DNA of 64,000 nt. Source: Lama guanicoe (taxonomy: Eukaryota). This document shows, piece after piece, positions 37,504 through 50,603 of the stretch (the first letter of the stretch is position 1; the number at the start of each line of letters is the position of its first letter). The DNA lies in NCBI GenBank assembly GCA_013239625.1, contig MU053482.1, positions 62,001 through 126,000 of the forward strand, written 5' to 3'. The notes below the pieces were generated by a model that did no database searches, was not told the origin of the DNA, and saw only the letters and a list, made by a program, of their open reading frames with translations. A program made the position numbers and the translations under genes.

Positions 37504-38734
37504 GAGGTAAAAAGGATCAGATCTACTTTTGGAATTGTTAATGAAAGTCAGGAATTTTTTGTATATTGGAAATTTTTCACTTTTTAACCCTGGAAAGTTA
37601 TTGTTTTCCTTTTTCTGAATATCTAAAACAATGAAAACATTCCTCTGTGAATCTTTGTTTCCTTTTGCTTCAAAGGAAACCTCCCTTTCCGGGATTCTGT
37701 AGTTACTTCGGTATTTCCCCTTACCAAATCTTTAACCAAAGTCTTGCCAAATCTTAGCCAAATGGAGCTGGATTAGAGTAGGAGTGTTTGAAACACTAAA
37801 GAAACAAAATATACATAATAACCTTAAAAAGATCTGCCTGTCTCCTGATTTAAGAAGGACTTAGATGCCTCTCCTGTCTCAGTTTAGCCTAGTGCACCCT
37901 TATATGGCTTTTCTGTTGTAAAGGTTTGATTGTGTTGAAGATTAGACATTTAGTCCAGAACTTTGCATCTTGGGATCCTGAGCATCCTTGACTATTCTCT
38001 CTAGCACCTATGGCAGACATGCCATCTTCTGGCTCCTCAGATCCTCTCGGACCCCCTTAAGATTTTGTGTGTATGCAGCATCTTTGGGTGCAGCAGCATT
38101 TCCTATTTTTCCATCTTTCTGCTAAAATTCTTCCTTCAGTTATCTACAAAGGAGAATGACAACATTTTAGGGGTGGGGGTTGCAGGGGAAGAAGTTGTAT
38201 TGTTTGAACTATTGTATGTTCTTTTCTTCTCTATCTTCATCTTCATGACTTTATAATCTTCACTTTATTCCATCTTACCTGCCTGTAAGGAACTTAGAAT
38301 TTTCAATCAAACTTCAGGCACCATCTGTATCCAACTCTGACCTTCCCATCCTAGTCACAAATCACCTGCCCTATTCATTCCCTTTATTGCCCTATTTGCT
38401 TCAGCCTCTATCCTGAGCTATGGCTGGTACAGTTGTCAACAATTTTCCAGGCATGGAAGGTGTAGGGTTTGATTTTCATGGATAAGTGTGTTCCATTATT
38501 TTGCAATCCCCTTTTTAATGATGCCACACATTTGTCCAATATTTTCAAGGATTACTTTACAACAGCAACTTGTCTCTTTTGAGGATGAAAATTAAGAGTT
38601 TCAAATCCATTTTTATTCACTTGAATACATTTCCCAATTTGGTCTATTCTACTTTCTTTTGTATTGAAACATATGTTTGTTGAATGATCTGATCAAAATG
38701 TAATCTTTCTATAGTATTCTTTCCTTGTGTGTGT

Positions 38735-38910
38735 CATTTTATTTTTATTTTTTCTAGTTTTATTGAGATATAATTGACACATAACATTGTATTAAAGTGT
38801 ACACATAATGATGTGATATGTGTATATTGTAAAATGATTATTACAATATGTTGGGTTAACATCCACCAACTCACATAGTTACCTTTTTTTTCTTGTGATG
38901 GGAACATTTT
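38735..38910 (-). mobile_element. L1 3' end fragment
   Basis: TTTTATTGAGATATAATTGACACATAACATTGTA...CTCACATAGTTACC. Confidence 0.8.
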
Positions 38911-39624
38911 TTAGGATATCTTTCTTTGGCACTAGATAAGTCATTCTTCTCTGCATTTGGGGGAGGGGGGTAAATGCTATTGCATGCATACGTTTTTGAA
39001 GTGCTGAACCTTCTTTAGGGTCTATATATCACATTTTATAACTTTCGTCTCATCTAGGGTCAAGGGATTGAGGAGGCTGAGCTCTCTCTTTTTCTTTCAT
39101 CCCCTCTAATCTCTCCTTTCCATTGAGTTACTATTAAATGACTACCTACCACATGCCATACACTTTACATGCATTCTTATTTTATCTATACATTTGCTGT
39201 GCCAGGTTTTTCTGTTGCCCCCTAAAGAAACTGAAACTCAGGGAAGTAAAATGGCACCCAAGGTCACAGAAACTGAGCCTGGATAAGTCCATGTCTCTTG
39301 GGTTCCTGAAGCCTGAACTCTTTCCACAAACCACTGGTCCCACCTTTGGCTATAAGACAGCATAACCTGGTAAGTTACAAAAACCCTTGAGTTATATCTC
39401 AAGCTTCTCATATTCCCAACTCAAGCTTGGTGTCTGGCACTTAGCAGACACATTATAAATATTAATTTGATGCCCAGAAGTTTATGGCAGGTAGGATGTA
39501 ATCTATAATGCTTGAATCATAGAAGGATCATCAACTTATAAACATGTCCCAATATGGTTGTTATAAAGAGGTATGTTCTTGCTCTAGGTAGTACTATAAC
39601 TCTTTTAAAATCACTTAACTAATT

Positions 39625-40560
39625 GTATTATGCATTTATTTTACATAACACTATGTTAAAGTGTACAACTTAATGACTTGAGATATGTATATTGTGAAAT
39701 GATAATGTTTCACATTCTTCACCTCATATAGTCAGAATTTTTTCCTTGTGATTAGAATTTTTAAGATCTACTCTCTTAGCAACCTTCAAATACACAATAC
39801 AGCATTGTTAACTATAGTCATCATGCTGTACATTACACCCTAGAATTTATTTATTTTACATTTGAAAGTTTGCATCTTTTGACTCCTTTCACCAACTTCC
39901 CCTTCCCTCCAACCCTCCCTCACCTCCAGCAAGGGCCAATCTGTTTTCTGTTTCTGAGTTTATTTTGTTTTGTCCAAGATTTCATGTGTAAGTGAAATTA
40001 TACAGTATTTGTCTTTCTCTGCCTCACTTATTTCACTTAGCACAATGCCCTCAAGTTCCATCCATGTGTCTCAAATGGCAGGATACTGTTCTTTCTCACA
40101 GCTGAATAATATTCCATAGCATATATACCACATCTTCTTGATCCATTCATTTGTTGATGGACACAGGCTAGTTCTGTAAAATTACTTACTAATAAACAGA
40201 AACCTCAATTACATAGAGTTGGTAGACCAGAAGAGGGACCTCTCACACCCTAAGACAATAGCAGAGCACAACAGGAAGATGAAAGATTCCTTTCGTGAAA
40301 AGGGCTCAACCAGTGAAAAACCACAGATTCTTTGTCTACTATAACCCTCCTAACTTCCTTTTCTCCTCTATAAGAGAATTCTCCCTCCCTCACCATTCAG
40401 GAATTGCCTGTGGCTCACCATGGCTACAGACCCCAAGTTGCAATTCTGTGCTGATCCCAAATAAACCCAATTTTGCTAGAGGAAAATCTGGCAGTTTATT
40501 TGTTTTATGTCAGCAGTTCCACGTCTTGGTTATTGTGAATAATGCTACAACAAACATGTG
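39625..40560 (-). mobile_element. L1 (L1MA-type) 3'UTR/ORF2 end, interrupted by an LTR
   Basis: AAGATCTACTCTCTTAGCAA, TACAGTATTTGTCTTTCTCTG, TTGATGGACAC[LTR]TTCCACGTCTTGGTTATTGTGAATAATGCT. Confidence 0.85.
40175..40515 (+). mobile_element. 341-bp solo ERV1-class LTR with 4-bp TSD GTTC
   Basis: TG...CA termini; GTTC at 40171-40174 and 40516-40519; TATAAG near 40368; AATAAA near 40460. Confidence 0.85.
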
Positions 40561-42221
40561 ATTTAAAAAAAGTGTTGATCCCATTTTTGAGGGGGAGAGG
40601 GTGCCATCATTGTTACAAAATATAGATGTGTAGTCTGCAGAACACAAGGACATCAGTGATAACTTCAGGATACATGAGTGGCTAGCTTGGGTTAAAAAGT
40701 CAAAACTAGGGCCATCAGAAAAATCACAGAGAAACTGAGTTTGGTTAAATATAAAAGAAAGATTTCTATCAGTCTAAAGAAAGCTATCTATCTGCAGTTT
40801 AAACTGCTCTACTGGGACAGAGTTAGGGGGAGCTTCTCCATCCATATTTTCCCTGAATCCATGTGCCAGGTGTCCAGTGACATACTAAACTCAGCATCCC
40901 TACACCTGTTATCCCACTGTAGGATTTATAGACCTTTCTTTCTTGGTCAGGCAAGATGAAACCCAGTTCTCTTCTTGCACTAAGTCTCCTAACCAAGCAA
41001 GTCTCCAAGGAAGGCAGAAGAAAGAAAGAGAAACTAGGAGGCTCCTTACAGACATGTTAATGCATCCAGAGTCACTACCCCTCCCACCTCGTCATTGCCT
41101 TTTTCTTCCTGTTTACTGGAGGTTGCCTGTTAGAATAGGATCCCTGCCTGCCTTGTCATTCTCCCTATCTATATCCAGCACAGCCTGCGCTATCCTCCCT
41201 TGGCCCTGGAACTTACAGAAGACATGAAAGGATAAGTCCTTTATGATGTACCAGCTGTAGTAGCAACCTTGCTGGGACTTTGCTAAATAAATCTTGTGAG
41301 TTTTATGAGCTCCTTTTTGTCTCCTACCCTCCTTCTTAGACCCTGATGGGAAAAGGTGGCTTGGGAAGCAAAGACTCAGTGGGTAAAGAGCTGAGACCTT
41401 TGGGAATTGTGTCTTACGGTGTTCCTGTAGGTAGAGATTTGGGATGTGAAGGACCGAGTGGTTTGAAACAGAGGTAAGAACTTGCCTAGAAGGCAGAAGC
41501 CAGGGATCTGATGCATAAGCCTGACACACAAACATGGTCGAAAACATAGCAAAAGAGACTAGATAGCCTTTATTACAATAATGTCAACGTTTTGTGTGCT
41601 GAGTGCCCTAAACTACTTAAGTTCTTATATATTTTTCCTTATTGAATCATCTCTCTTAGATATGAATAAGCAACTCTTTGGAGCAGGAACTATCACCCCT
41701 CCTGTGTATGGGACAGGTAGATAGATGGAGCCTTGCCCAAAGTCACACGGTTAGCCTATATTCATAACCACGTTGATCAGATTCCAGTGTCTGTGTTCTA
41801 AATGATCCTTCTCTTCTGTCTCCACTACTCTGATGAATGCAACTACAGGTATTAAAATCCTAAACAAAATCTTAGCAAATCAAGTTCAGAAAACCGTTCA
41901 GATTTGTTTAACTAATAAACATATTTATCCCCTACAGAATGCAAAGAGAGTTCAACATAAAGAAATCTGTCAGTCTAACTTAACATACCAAGGTTGTGGA
42001 TAAGATCATAGAAATAAAATCATTTAAATCAAAAGAAGATTTGAACCATAGCTCTAGAATCTGCTATTTCTGTGACCTATTCATTAAATAGATACTAACT
42101 ACCTACTGTGCTCCACAAACTGTATTCGACACTGTACACAATGGTAAATAAGGCTAATGTGGCCCCTGCCCTCACCAAGAGTTCATTCTAATTATGTGGT
42201 TGTTCAAAGAAAATAAGCATC

Positions 42222-42312
42222 AGGGGGCAGCGGTAGAGCTCAGTGGTAGAGTGCATGCTTAGCACTCACGAGGTCCTGGGTTCAATCCCCAGTACCTCCA
42301 TTAAAATAAAAG
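42222..42312 (+). mobile_element. tRNA-derived SINE (camelid Vic-type)
   Basis: A box AGCTCAGTGGTAGAG, B box GGTTCAATCCC, CCTCC plus A-tail; AAGCATC repeated on both flanks. Confidence 0.85.
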
Positions 42313-42559
42313 GGAAAAGCATCTTTAAATGTACTTATTTGAATAATTTTTAAGATATATTGTTTAGCAAAGAAGCAAGAGGCAAAAAGAGTACATAGAA
42401 TGCTATACAAAATAATTTTGTAATGCTATACCAAGAATACATACAAATAAGTATATATATGTGTGTGAGACTGCTGGGTGTTTACCCAATGCACCTTTCT
42501 TCCTTGGTAAAAAAGAACTATTATTTTGTAAATAGAATTTGTATCATTTCTGTTTACAA

Positions 42560-42848
42560 AAAAAAAACCTCACAGACACAGAAAACAAACTATGGTTACC
42601 AACGTGGAAAGGGTAGGGAGGGATAAATTAGGGGTTGAGGATTGACACACATTACTAAATATGAAATGGATGAGCAGCAAGGACCTACTATATAGCACAG
42701 GGAACTATATTCAATTTCTTGTAATAATATACAATGGAAAAGAATCTGAAAAGAAAGTATATATATGCACATATATGTATATAACTGAATCACTTTGCTG
42801 TACACCTGAAACTAACATTGTAAATCAACTACACTTCAATAAAAAAAT
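42560..42848 (+). mobile_element. L1 3'UTR end fragment
   Basis: AAACTATGGTTACC..GGGAGGGATAAATTAGG..TATAGCACAGGGAACTATATTCAA..CTTCAATAAAAAA. Confidence 0.85.
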
Positions 42849-45759
42849 TTTTTTAAACATTATTTTACTTAAATATCCATGCATACTGCCAAAATACTGT
42901 ATCTCTCAGGTTCCAATGTTAGTAGATATTATTTGGCAAAGTTTCCAAGATAACTCTTTAATGTGAACTCAGCTGAGAAATGGTCATTTGCCCTCCCTCC
43001 TTCCTCTTGGAACAGGCAAAGTATTGGTACCTGAATTTCTGGCAACCACTGCAGACTATCACCAACACTGAGGATGAAAGTCAGATTCTAAGCATAGTAA
43101 AGCAGAAATGGAGACACTAGTGAATCTCTGGTTTCAGCCCCAAATGTGCACCTCTGAAACTCTTCTACATGGAAGGCAAAATATTTTCTAATTTGTTTAG
43201 CCATCGTTACTTGGGTTTTCCATTATATGCTGTCAGAAATAATACTGATACAGAGAATGAATTACTTTTACTGAATACCTTTATCTAACTTTAAAAACTT
43301 TGAACTATGTGCAAATATTTTCTATTTCTTAATTAACTATGTTTTTAATTTTATTCATTTAATCATAAGATGCAGACAGCTTTGGTAATTATATAAAGAA
43401 AATATACCAAATCCTGGCATAAGCCATCCTAGAGCATTACTGTGGAAGAATTACTTTAGATAAGTTGGATTAAAAAGGCCTTAATGAAGAGAGGTGTAAA
43501 TGGGAAGAAAAACAAGAGTAGAAGCACAAAAGCACAATAGTCAGGAGACTATTACTTGGTCCAGGCAAGAGATGGTGGCCTGGACCAGATTGATGGCAGA
43601 GAAAATGAATTTAAGGGGACAAACTTTGGAAGATAAGTCAAGTAAATAGATTGATGAATTAGAAATGAGATATTCAATGTAGAAATCAAATAGAATTCTT
43701 AGGATTCTGTCCCTGATAACCTGGTGGACATGGACTCATTTACTGTAACAGCATCATACAGATTTCTGGGTATTGTTGAGTTTACATTCGAAGCTTGTGA
43801 TGATAAATTTAATGTGCAATCAATATGCTTATTATGCAATATGGATTTTTTTTCTTTCTATAAAGCTTCAATTTTTCACAGAGGAGACATATTTAAATTT
43901 AAGCAGAGTTTGGGTTTTTCCAAGCAACTTCAGTAGAAGGAAGAAACAAAGGAGGTTAGACTATTTCCAAGAGCATAATTGAATGACAAGCCATAGACTC
44001 TAAGCTTGACAAGGAATAAGGTCAAGATAAGAGAGGGAGAAATAATAGAAGAAGGGGATTCTTTCAATGGCTTGGTCATCTTGATGTCCAACAATTGTGA
44101 CTGTACTAAGGGTAGTTAGAAATTTAAGCCTGAAGTTAGAAAGCGATGATCAGAAAGTAGAATTTTTCAAATCTAAGTTTTAGAGGTGTATCAACCACAA
44201 AAATGAGGTAAGCCAAAAACTGGGAGTTTAAATAAGAAAGGTTAAGTTTTGAGCACAGGCTGAACTAAGTTTTCAACCATTTCCAGTTTTCCCACCCATG
44301 GGATGCCCACTATAGGCAAATGACATTCTGATGAAAAATAAATGCATGTAAATGAAGTAATTGATAACTATAGGAGGGATACATACGGTATAATTTCTTA
44401 AATTAAGGATAAATCTGAGAAAGTTTGGGAAAGTTTAGACTTCAGGCAAACAATATGTTCAATAGAGAAATAATTTGAGATGTGAATTTTTAACCTGTAG
44501 TATCTCCCACTGATTTTAGACAAATAATTTAGTTAGGCAATAAATAATTCATTTAATTTCCTTGTTGTCTCATCAGATGCACCTGTAGACACAATTGCCT
44601 GGGAGCTACCTTGCATTTGACAATGAGCAGACACTTATCCTAGTGCCCTTTACAAATCGGTCCGGGATTGGTGTAACTGTAGCAGTCTGCTGCTTGTATG
44701 GACCTTCCTGTCACTTTATATTGCTCAGGAGGACTGAGTCCATCAGTAATAGAGACAATGAGGAAAACAAAGAGATAACAACTCAGTGGGCAAGCAGGGC
44801 ATGAGCTGTTTCTGCTGGGAATTTAACACAGCTCTATTCTCTTGTGCTGGGAGCCATGCATCTGGAACACAATAGGGCTGGGCAGAGAGAGCACCGGACA
44901 GACTGATGGCCAAAATTCAAATTTCAAAAAGGATGCTACAGTCATGCCAATAAAAAGAGAAAGGGCTGCTTTCGAGTTCCCGCTCCTCCCATTCTTACTT
45001 TTACAGTTTCCCACAAGTTCCTAACTGATCACCTTTAAATGTCTCCCTGAATTCATTGATTTCTTACATTCATTTTGTATTTATAAACACTGATACATTT
45101 TTCTCACCAATTCAATATTCATCCCTTGAATTCTCAGTCTGAACAATACAGCTCAATCAATAGTAATTTTTAATTTTTCCTCCAATTATAAAATAATACA
45201 CTGACATTCTAACATTCAAATTATATGATATTGTATTCCATTTAAAGTCCAGCAAAATCTTGCCCAATAGTAATAGCTGGCATAAACAGTCTGTTATGTA
45301 TTTTTCCCTCTATTTTAATGTGTATATTAAGATTTTATATGTGTGTGTGCATATATATATATGCAAACAGTATTATCCCATATCAGCTTAACTTATGTAC
45401 ATGAGTCCACTAGAAACTATTATATCCCCTGTCTTTATGCTAGGTAAAACCATTTTATATACTATGAATTTGTAGTATGTTTCACTATCTGCTAAGGTGA
45501 GACTTGAATCATTTTTAAAACTCTTCCATTTAATGAAACTTTCACTTTCCATATACATTTTAGAATAACTGTAACAAGCATTCCACTGAAAGTCTTGAGG
45601 GAGTGCTTCTTGAAATTGCACTGAATTTATTGATTAACTTGGGGAGAACTGATATCTTTCAAACATTTATGTATCCTTTCCATGTACATTATTTATCTCT
45701 ACATTTAATCAGATCTCCACTTAAATACCTTGAACATGTTATTATAATTATATTTTTGC

Positions 45760-46295
45760 ATACCAATGTTTGTAGCAGCATTACTCACAATAGTCAAAAC
45801 TTGGAAGCAACCTAAGATGATTGGATGAAGAAGATGTGAGATAGATAGATAGATAGAGATATATAGATAGATACAGATATCCATATATATATTGGAATTT
45901 TACTCAGCCATAATAAAGAATGAAATAATGCCATTTGCAGCAACATGGATGGACCTAGAGATTATCATACTAAGTGAAGTAAGTCAGAGAAAGACAAACA
46001 CTATATAGTATCACTTAAATGTGGGATATGAAAACAACATATTTACAAAAAAGAAACAAACTCACAGATACAGAAAACAAACTTACGGTTACTAAAGGGA
46101 AAAGAGGATGGGGGGATCAATTAGGAGTATGGGATTAACAGATACATACCACTATATATAAAATAAACAGCAAGGATTTACTGTATAGCACAGGAAACCA
46201 TATTTGATATCTTGTAATAACCTATAATGGAAAAGAATCTGAAGCTTTGCACCTGAAACTAACACAATATTGTAAATCAACTATAGTGAAATTTA
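45760..46295 (+). mobile_element. L1 ORF2 end and 3'UTR fragment
   Basis: GCCATTTGCAGCAACATGGATGGACCTAGAGATTATCATACTAAGTGAAGTAAGTCAG followed by 3'UTR. Confidence 0.9.
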
Positions 46296-46562
46296 AAATT
46301 TTTTTAATTTTTAAAAAATTGTATCCTTAAAGGCCTTGTATATTTGTTATGATGCCAATTTCTACACTGATAAAATTTTTCCTACTGTAAATGGTATGTT
46401 AATGTCTAATATTTTTAGATAATTTTTGCCGGTAAAAAGAAAACTACTGATTTTTCAAGTTTATCTCATATCTGAATATCTTACTGAACATACAACTAAT
46501 TCTAAAGATGTGTTTATTATTTTTAATGATTATACAAAAAAGATGATAATCTAACCATTTTT

Positions 46563-46698
46563 CTATGTTATTGTAAGAAATTGAATATAGTTTCCTGCGC
46601 TATATAGCAGGTTCTTGTTGTTTATTCATTTTATATATAGTAATGTGTGTCTTTTAATCCCCAACCCCTAATTTATCCCTCCCCGCCCTTTCCCCTTT
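46563..46698 (-). mobile_element. L1 3'UTR internal fragment flanked by a 16-bp direct repeat
   Basis: Reverse complement matches 42608-42730; TAATCTAACCATTTTT at 46547-46562 and TAATTTAACCATTTTT at 46699-46714. Confidence 0.75.
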
Positions 46699-47814
46699 TA
46701 ATTTAACCATTTTTATTCTGATCCTAAAACTCCTTCCTTCCTCAACTTATTGTGTTGGTCAAGACTTCCTCTCTTACACTGAACAGTGACAATGGTAACG
46801 GCATTCAGCTGTGTTCCTCTGGCACATTGCTCTTGCCTCCTCCAAGGTAATGCTCCTTCCCTGGGGCGACCCCCTTCTAATGACTAGCTGAGGAGAGAGG
46901 AAAAAGGCCTGACACACAAGCCTCAACTAGAGAACTCTGAAATGCCATCCTGAGCTCCCTTTGTCGTTATGTGAGTTCTTGTTTTTGTTTTTATTTTCTC
47001 AAATATTTGGGGGTAGTTTCCACACATGCATACACCAATCAGTTTTCCATCAGTTTGTTAGTTTGCTTTATACTCCCTCACTTAAGGGGGCCCTTCTAAA
47101 GATTTTTGGAATCCTCTTTCTAGGCAGTTCTCTTTTCTCCAAGAAGAGAGACTTGCGAACTCTAGCTGCCTTGGCCTTCCCTGACTCCCATGTCCTTCTC
47201 CTCAACACAGAAAGACTGTCAGTCTACACTTCAGTTCATCCTTCCTTTTACATGGCCGGGAATCTCTCTCCAGAAAGCTGCAACAATCTTTCTCCAGTGA
47301 AAAGAACTGACCTCATTTGTTTCCTACCCTCCATTGGCTGATGTTCGGTGTCTTCAGAACCACTGTTTCATATATTTTGTCCAGTTTCTTTGGTTGTGGT
47401 TTCAAGTGAGACGGCAAATCTAGACCTTTTGCTCCATTTTTATAAGTTAACGTTGCTTTTGAGTATGTACAATCATGCTGGACAAGCTGATGAAAGCACC
47501 ATACAACTTTTGACACCTCACTGAGTCGAGGGTTGGATTTGTAACTGCATGAGCCCTCTACTCTCCCTGTAGCCGGAGAAGATAGGTTCTCCATGTGAAG
47601 CATTAGCATCTTAGGAGGACTGTGTCCCACAACAAAAGGCAATACACTTCTGGGGGTTGCTGAGGTTACAATGACTTGGAGAATCTAAAATATATCTAAG
47701 AAATTTGAAGAAAATAGATTTTAAGACTGGAGGAAGGGCAGTGGTGTATAGAAATGGGAAATCAAGTGAGATGTGACTAATTCAGGACCTTCAAGATTAA
47801 GAATGGCACTTAGA

Positions 47815-47960
47815 TTTATTTTTTTAATTCTGAGGGGGGGGAGGCAAGATAATTAGGTTTGTTTGTTTGTTGTTTGTTTGTTTGCTTAAGGTAATAGGGA
47901 TTGAACCCAAGACCTTGTGCAGACTAAGCCCTCACTCTACCACTGAGCTATACCTTTGCC
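47815..47960 (-). mobile_element. tRNA-derived SINE (camelid Vic-type, longer form)
   Basis: Minus strand reads GGTATAGCTCAGTGGTAGAG...GGGTTCAATCCC...(AAAC)n..AACCTAATTA..CCTCCCCCC..A-tail. Confidence 0.85.
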
Positions 47961-49658
47961 TTTTATTTTTAAGTGAAGAGTCCACCAAAATTTTCTTCCT
48001 TGTGTGTGGAGACAATATGATATGTACTTAGAATTAATATAAGTGTCTCAGGGAAGAACATGTAACTATGAATCTTGTATTCACAAGGTTAAGGGGCTAA
48101 GCAAAGATAGCTACATGACCAAACCTCCAGGTTAATTATGTTTGGCCTGGGGAGCCCAATCTCTGTCTTCACTCATAAAAAGAGAAACTTATGCTAATAT
48201 TCCTTGAATAGCCAAAGACTGGAGATGATAAAACCCACAGAAGTTTCAGCATGAGAATATAGTTGTCTTTCTCTCCTCACACACCCAACAGATAGCCAAG
48301 TTTTGCTCATTCTTCAAAGAAATTTCTTTAAAATACTTTTTTTACCACTTTTTTCATGCACTTTGCAGTTAAAGAAATCAAGGAGCTCCCCAGCTCTCCA
48401 CCTTTCACCAGATTTTTTAGACTCAGATGCCATATAATACATACCTTTTCAAATTCAGTATTTGCAATTTACCAGTCAAGATATATTTGAAAAACAAAGA
48501 TCCTATTTGTTGAAAGCAAGGGATTAGATCTCTCTACATTTCAAAGGCCTTTAAGAATTTTGGAATCTGCTGACCAGAACCAGTGCTTAAGGACCTCTTA
48601 ATAGAGTGGCTCTTGCTTTCAGTCTATGAAATTTTGCAAATAAGAATCATGTTTGACCTTGGGTAAAGCAACTGGATGAGCTCCAACCCTAAATTCCCTA
48701 CTACATTTCAATAATGACATCACTGCCTATCACTTACAATAATATATTATGTTTCCTCACCTATTTTCACCAGATTGTGACATCCAGAAATTTTATCATA
48801 TGCCATACTTATATGTTCCTCATTTGAGGTTTTTGCATACAGTCCTAGACAATATAGTACCTGGTTTTGAGTAAACAGAATGTCCCCCACACCACCACAG
48901 TCAGTTTTATCACTTCCTACATTACTGATCTTCTCATTCCCCACTTCTACCTTCACCTGGGTTCTTGGTGTCCTGGACTTCTTATAAAGAGTTTGAAGGT
49001 ATATGAGGATTCTGTTGGACATAAGCAGTACTATTACGACTATTACTCTTTTGTAATAGAAGCTGGACCATCATGATCAGAAAAAGATGGTGATCTCTCT
49101 GAGTTCTGTGCCTCTGCTTAGTTCTTCCTGACTCTGAAGGGAGAAGACCTAAAGACAAGATGCATATTGGAAGCAGCAGGTTCACAAAAATGGCACAGAG
49201 ATCATGGCCTGAAGAGCAGAGCTAGAGCTTCAGTGGTATCTGAGGAAGGAGTGCTATGTCATGGAAGGCTCTGGAGTCAGACAGACCTGTACTTGAATTG
49301 AAGCCTCATCACTCACCAGATGTGACTTTTGTCAACAGTTCTCCATTTTTGCTTTCTAATATATAAAGTGAAACAATAATCCCTACCCTGCCAAATTTTC
49401 ACGAAGGTGAGATGATTTAAATATATAAATGTTTAGACACAAAGTTAGGTACCTGAGAAAGTTAGTTACCCAAACTAGGCAAATGAATCTGGTCAGTTAC
49501 TAAGAGATCCACAGTAATTCCTGAGCCTGGAAGGACAGAAAGTGGGTAGGAAGTGTTCACTATCCAAGCATTATTTTCCTTTCTACAATCACAAATCCTG
49601 AAATAGTAACAGAAGAAATTGTAATAGGTGTTTCCATAGAGAGTCCCTTTCTGTGCAT

Positions 49659-50603
49659 TTAAAGCCCCCTCTGTAACAACTTCTGAAACCCCTGTTTTAA
49701 CTCTTTGGTTCGAAATCCATATACAATAGGGTTCAAGGCAGGGGGTATGAGGTGGTGAAGGACATTGAGCAGGATCAGGATGTCCATGGGGATCCTCCCT
49801 CTGGCCACATTTGTCAACACCACAACCAGCAGGATGGTGCTGAAGAAGAGGATGAGAATGAAGTGGGAGCCACATGTGCTCAGAGCCTTGACTAAAGCCC
49901 CTTCGGCCTTAAACCTCAGAACAGCTCTTAGGATGAAGATGTAGGAGAGGAAGATGAGGAGGAAATCTGAGCCCAGTAAGGTCCAACCAGCCACAAATTG
50001 GTAGATTCTGTTCAGGGAGAAATTGTCACAGGAGAGCCTGGACACAGACAGGCTGGCACAGATGCAGTTCTCAATGACATTTTTCCCACAATAGCGGAGC
50101 CGGGCAGAGAGAATGGGAACAGGTGAAAGCAGCAAAGAGTTTCGAGCTATGATGAAAGCACTAGCCTTGGCCACAAATTGGCCAGTGATGATGGATGGGT
50201 ATCGTAGTGGATGGCAGATGGCCACATAGCGGTCATAGGCCATGACCATGAATGTGCAGGACTCCATGGGGAGGAAACTGTTCATGATGAACATCTGGAG
50301 GAAGCAGGCAGAGAAGCTGATGGACCTGATGTCAAACCAGAAAATGGCCAGGACCTTGGGGATGACGGTGAGACAGAGTACCATGTCCAGCAGGGAGAGG
50401 AGGCTGAGCAGGTAGTACATGGGCTCGTGCAGAGATTCTTCCAGCCAGATGGTGATCAGGAGGGTGGCATTGGCCCCCATGGCCAGGAGGAAGAGAAGGC
50501 TGAGGGGCAGGGACAGCCAGTGCTGCCAACTCTGGTAGTTAGGGAAGCAAATGAGGAGGAATTCGGAGACTGGAGCAGAAGAGTAGTTGCTGGGTGATGT
50601 CAT
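49659..50603 (-). CDS. OR56A1: Olfactory receptor 56A1-like, intact 314 aa
   Basis: MTSPSNYSS..., [74 protein letters not shown]. The ORF-track start at 50690 is GTG; the first ATG is 50603. Confidence 0.93.
   Translation of the reverse strand: MTSPSNYSSAPVSEFLLICFPNYQSWQHWLSLPLSLLFLLAMGANATLLITIWLEESLHEPMYYLLSLLSLLDMVLCLTVIPKVLAIFWFDIRSISFSACFLQMFIMNSFLPMESCTFMVMAYDRYVAICHPLRYPSIITGQFVAKASAFIIARNSLLLSPVPILSARLRYCGKNVIENCICASLSVSRLSCDNFSLNRIYQFVAGWTLLGSDFLLIFLSYIFILRAVLRFKAEGALVKALSTCGSHFILILFFSTILLVVVLTNVARGRIPMDILILLNVLHHLIPPALNPIVYGFRTKELKQGFQKLLQRGL

Noticed and set aside
42222..42300. tRNA genes (also at 47890-47960 and 60138-60215)
   Set aside because: A-tails, flanking direct repeats and degenerate stems show these are SINEs.
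48867..49076. QNVPH peptide resembling OR52 extracellular loop 3
   Set aside because: No PxLNP/IY motif or upstream CGSH nearby; probably chance.
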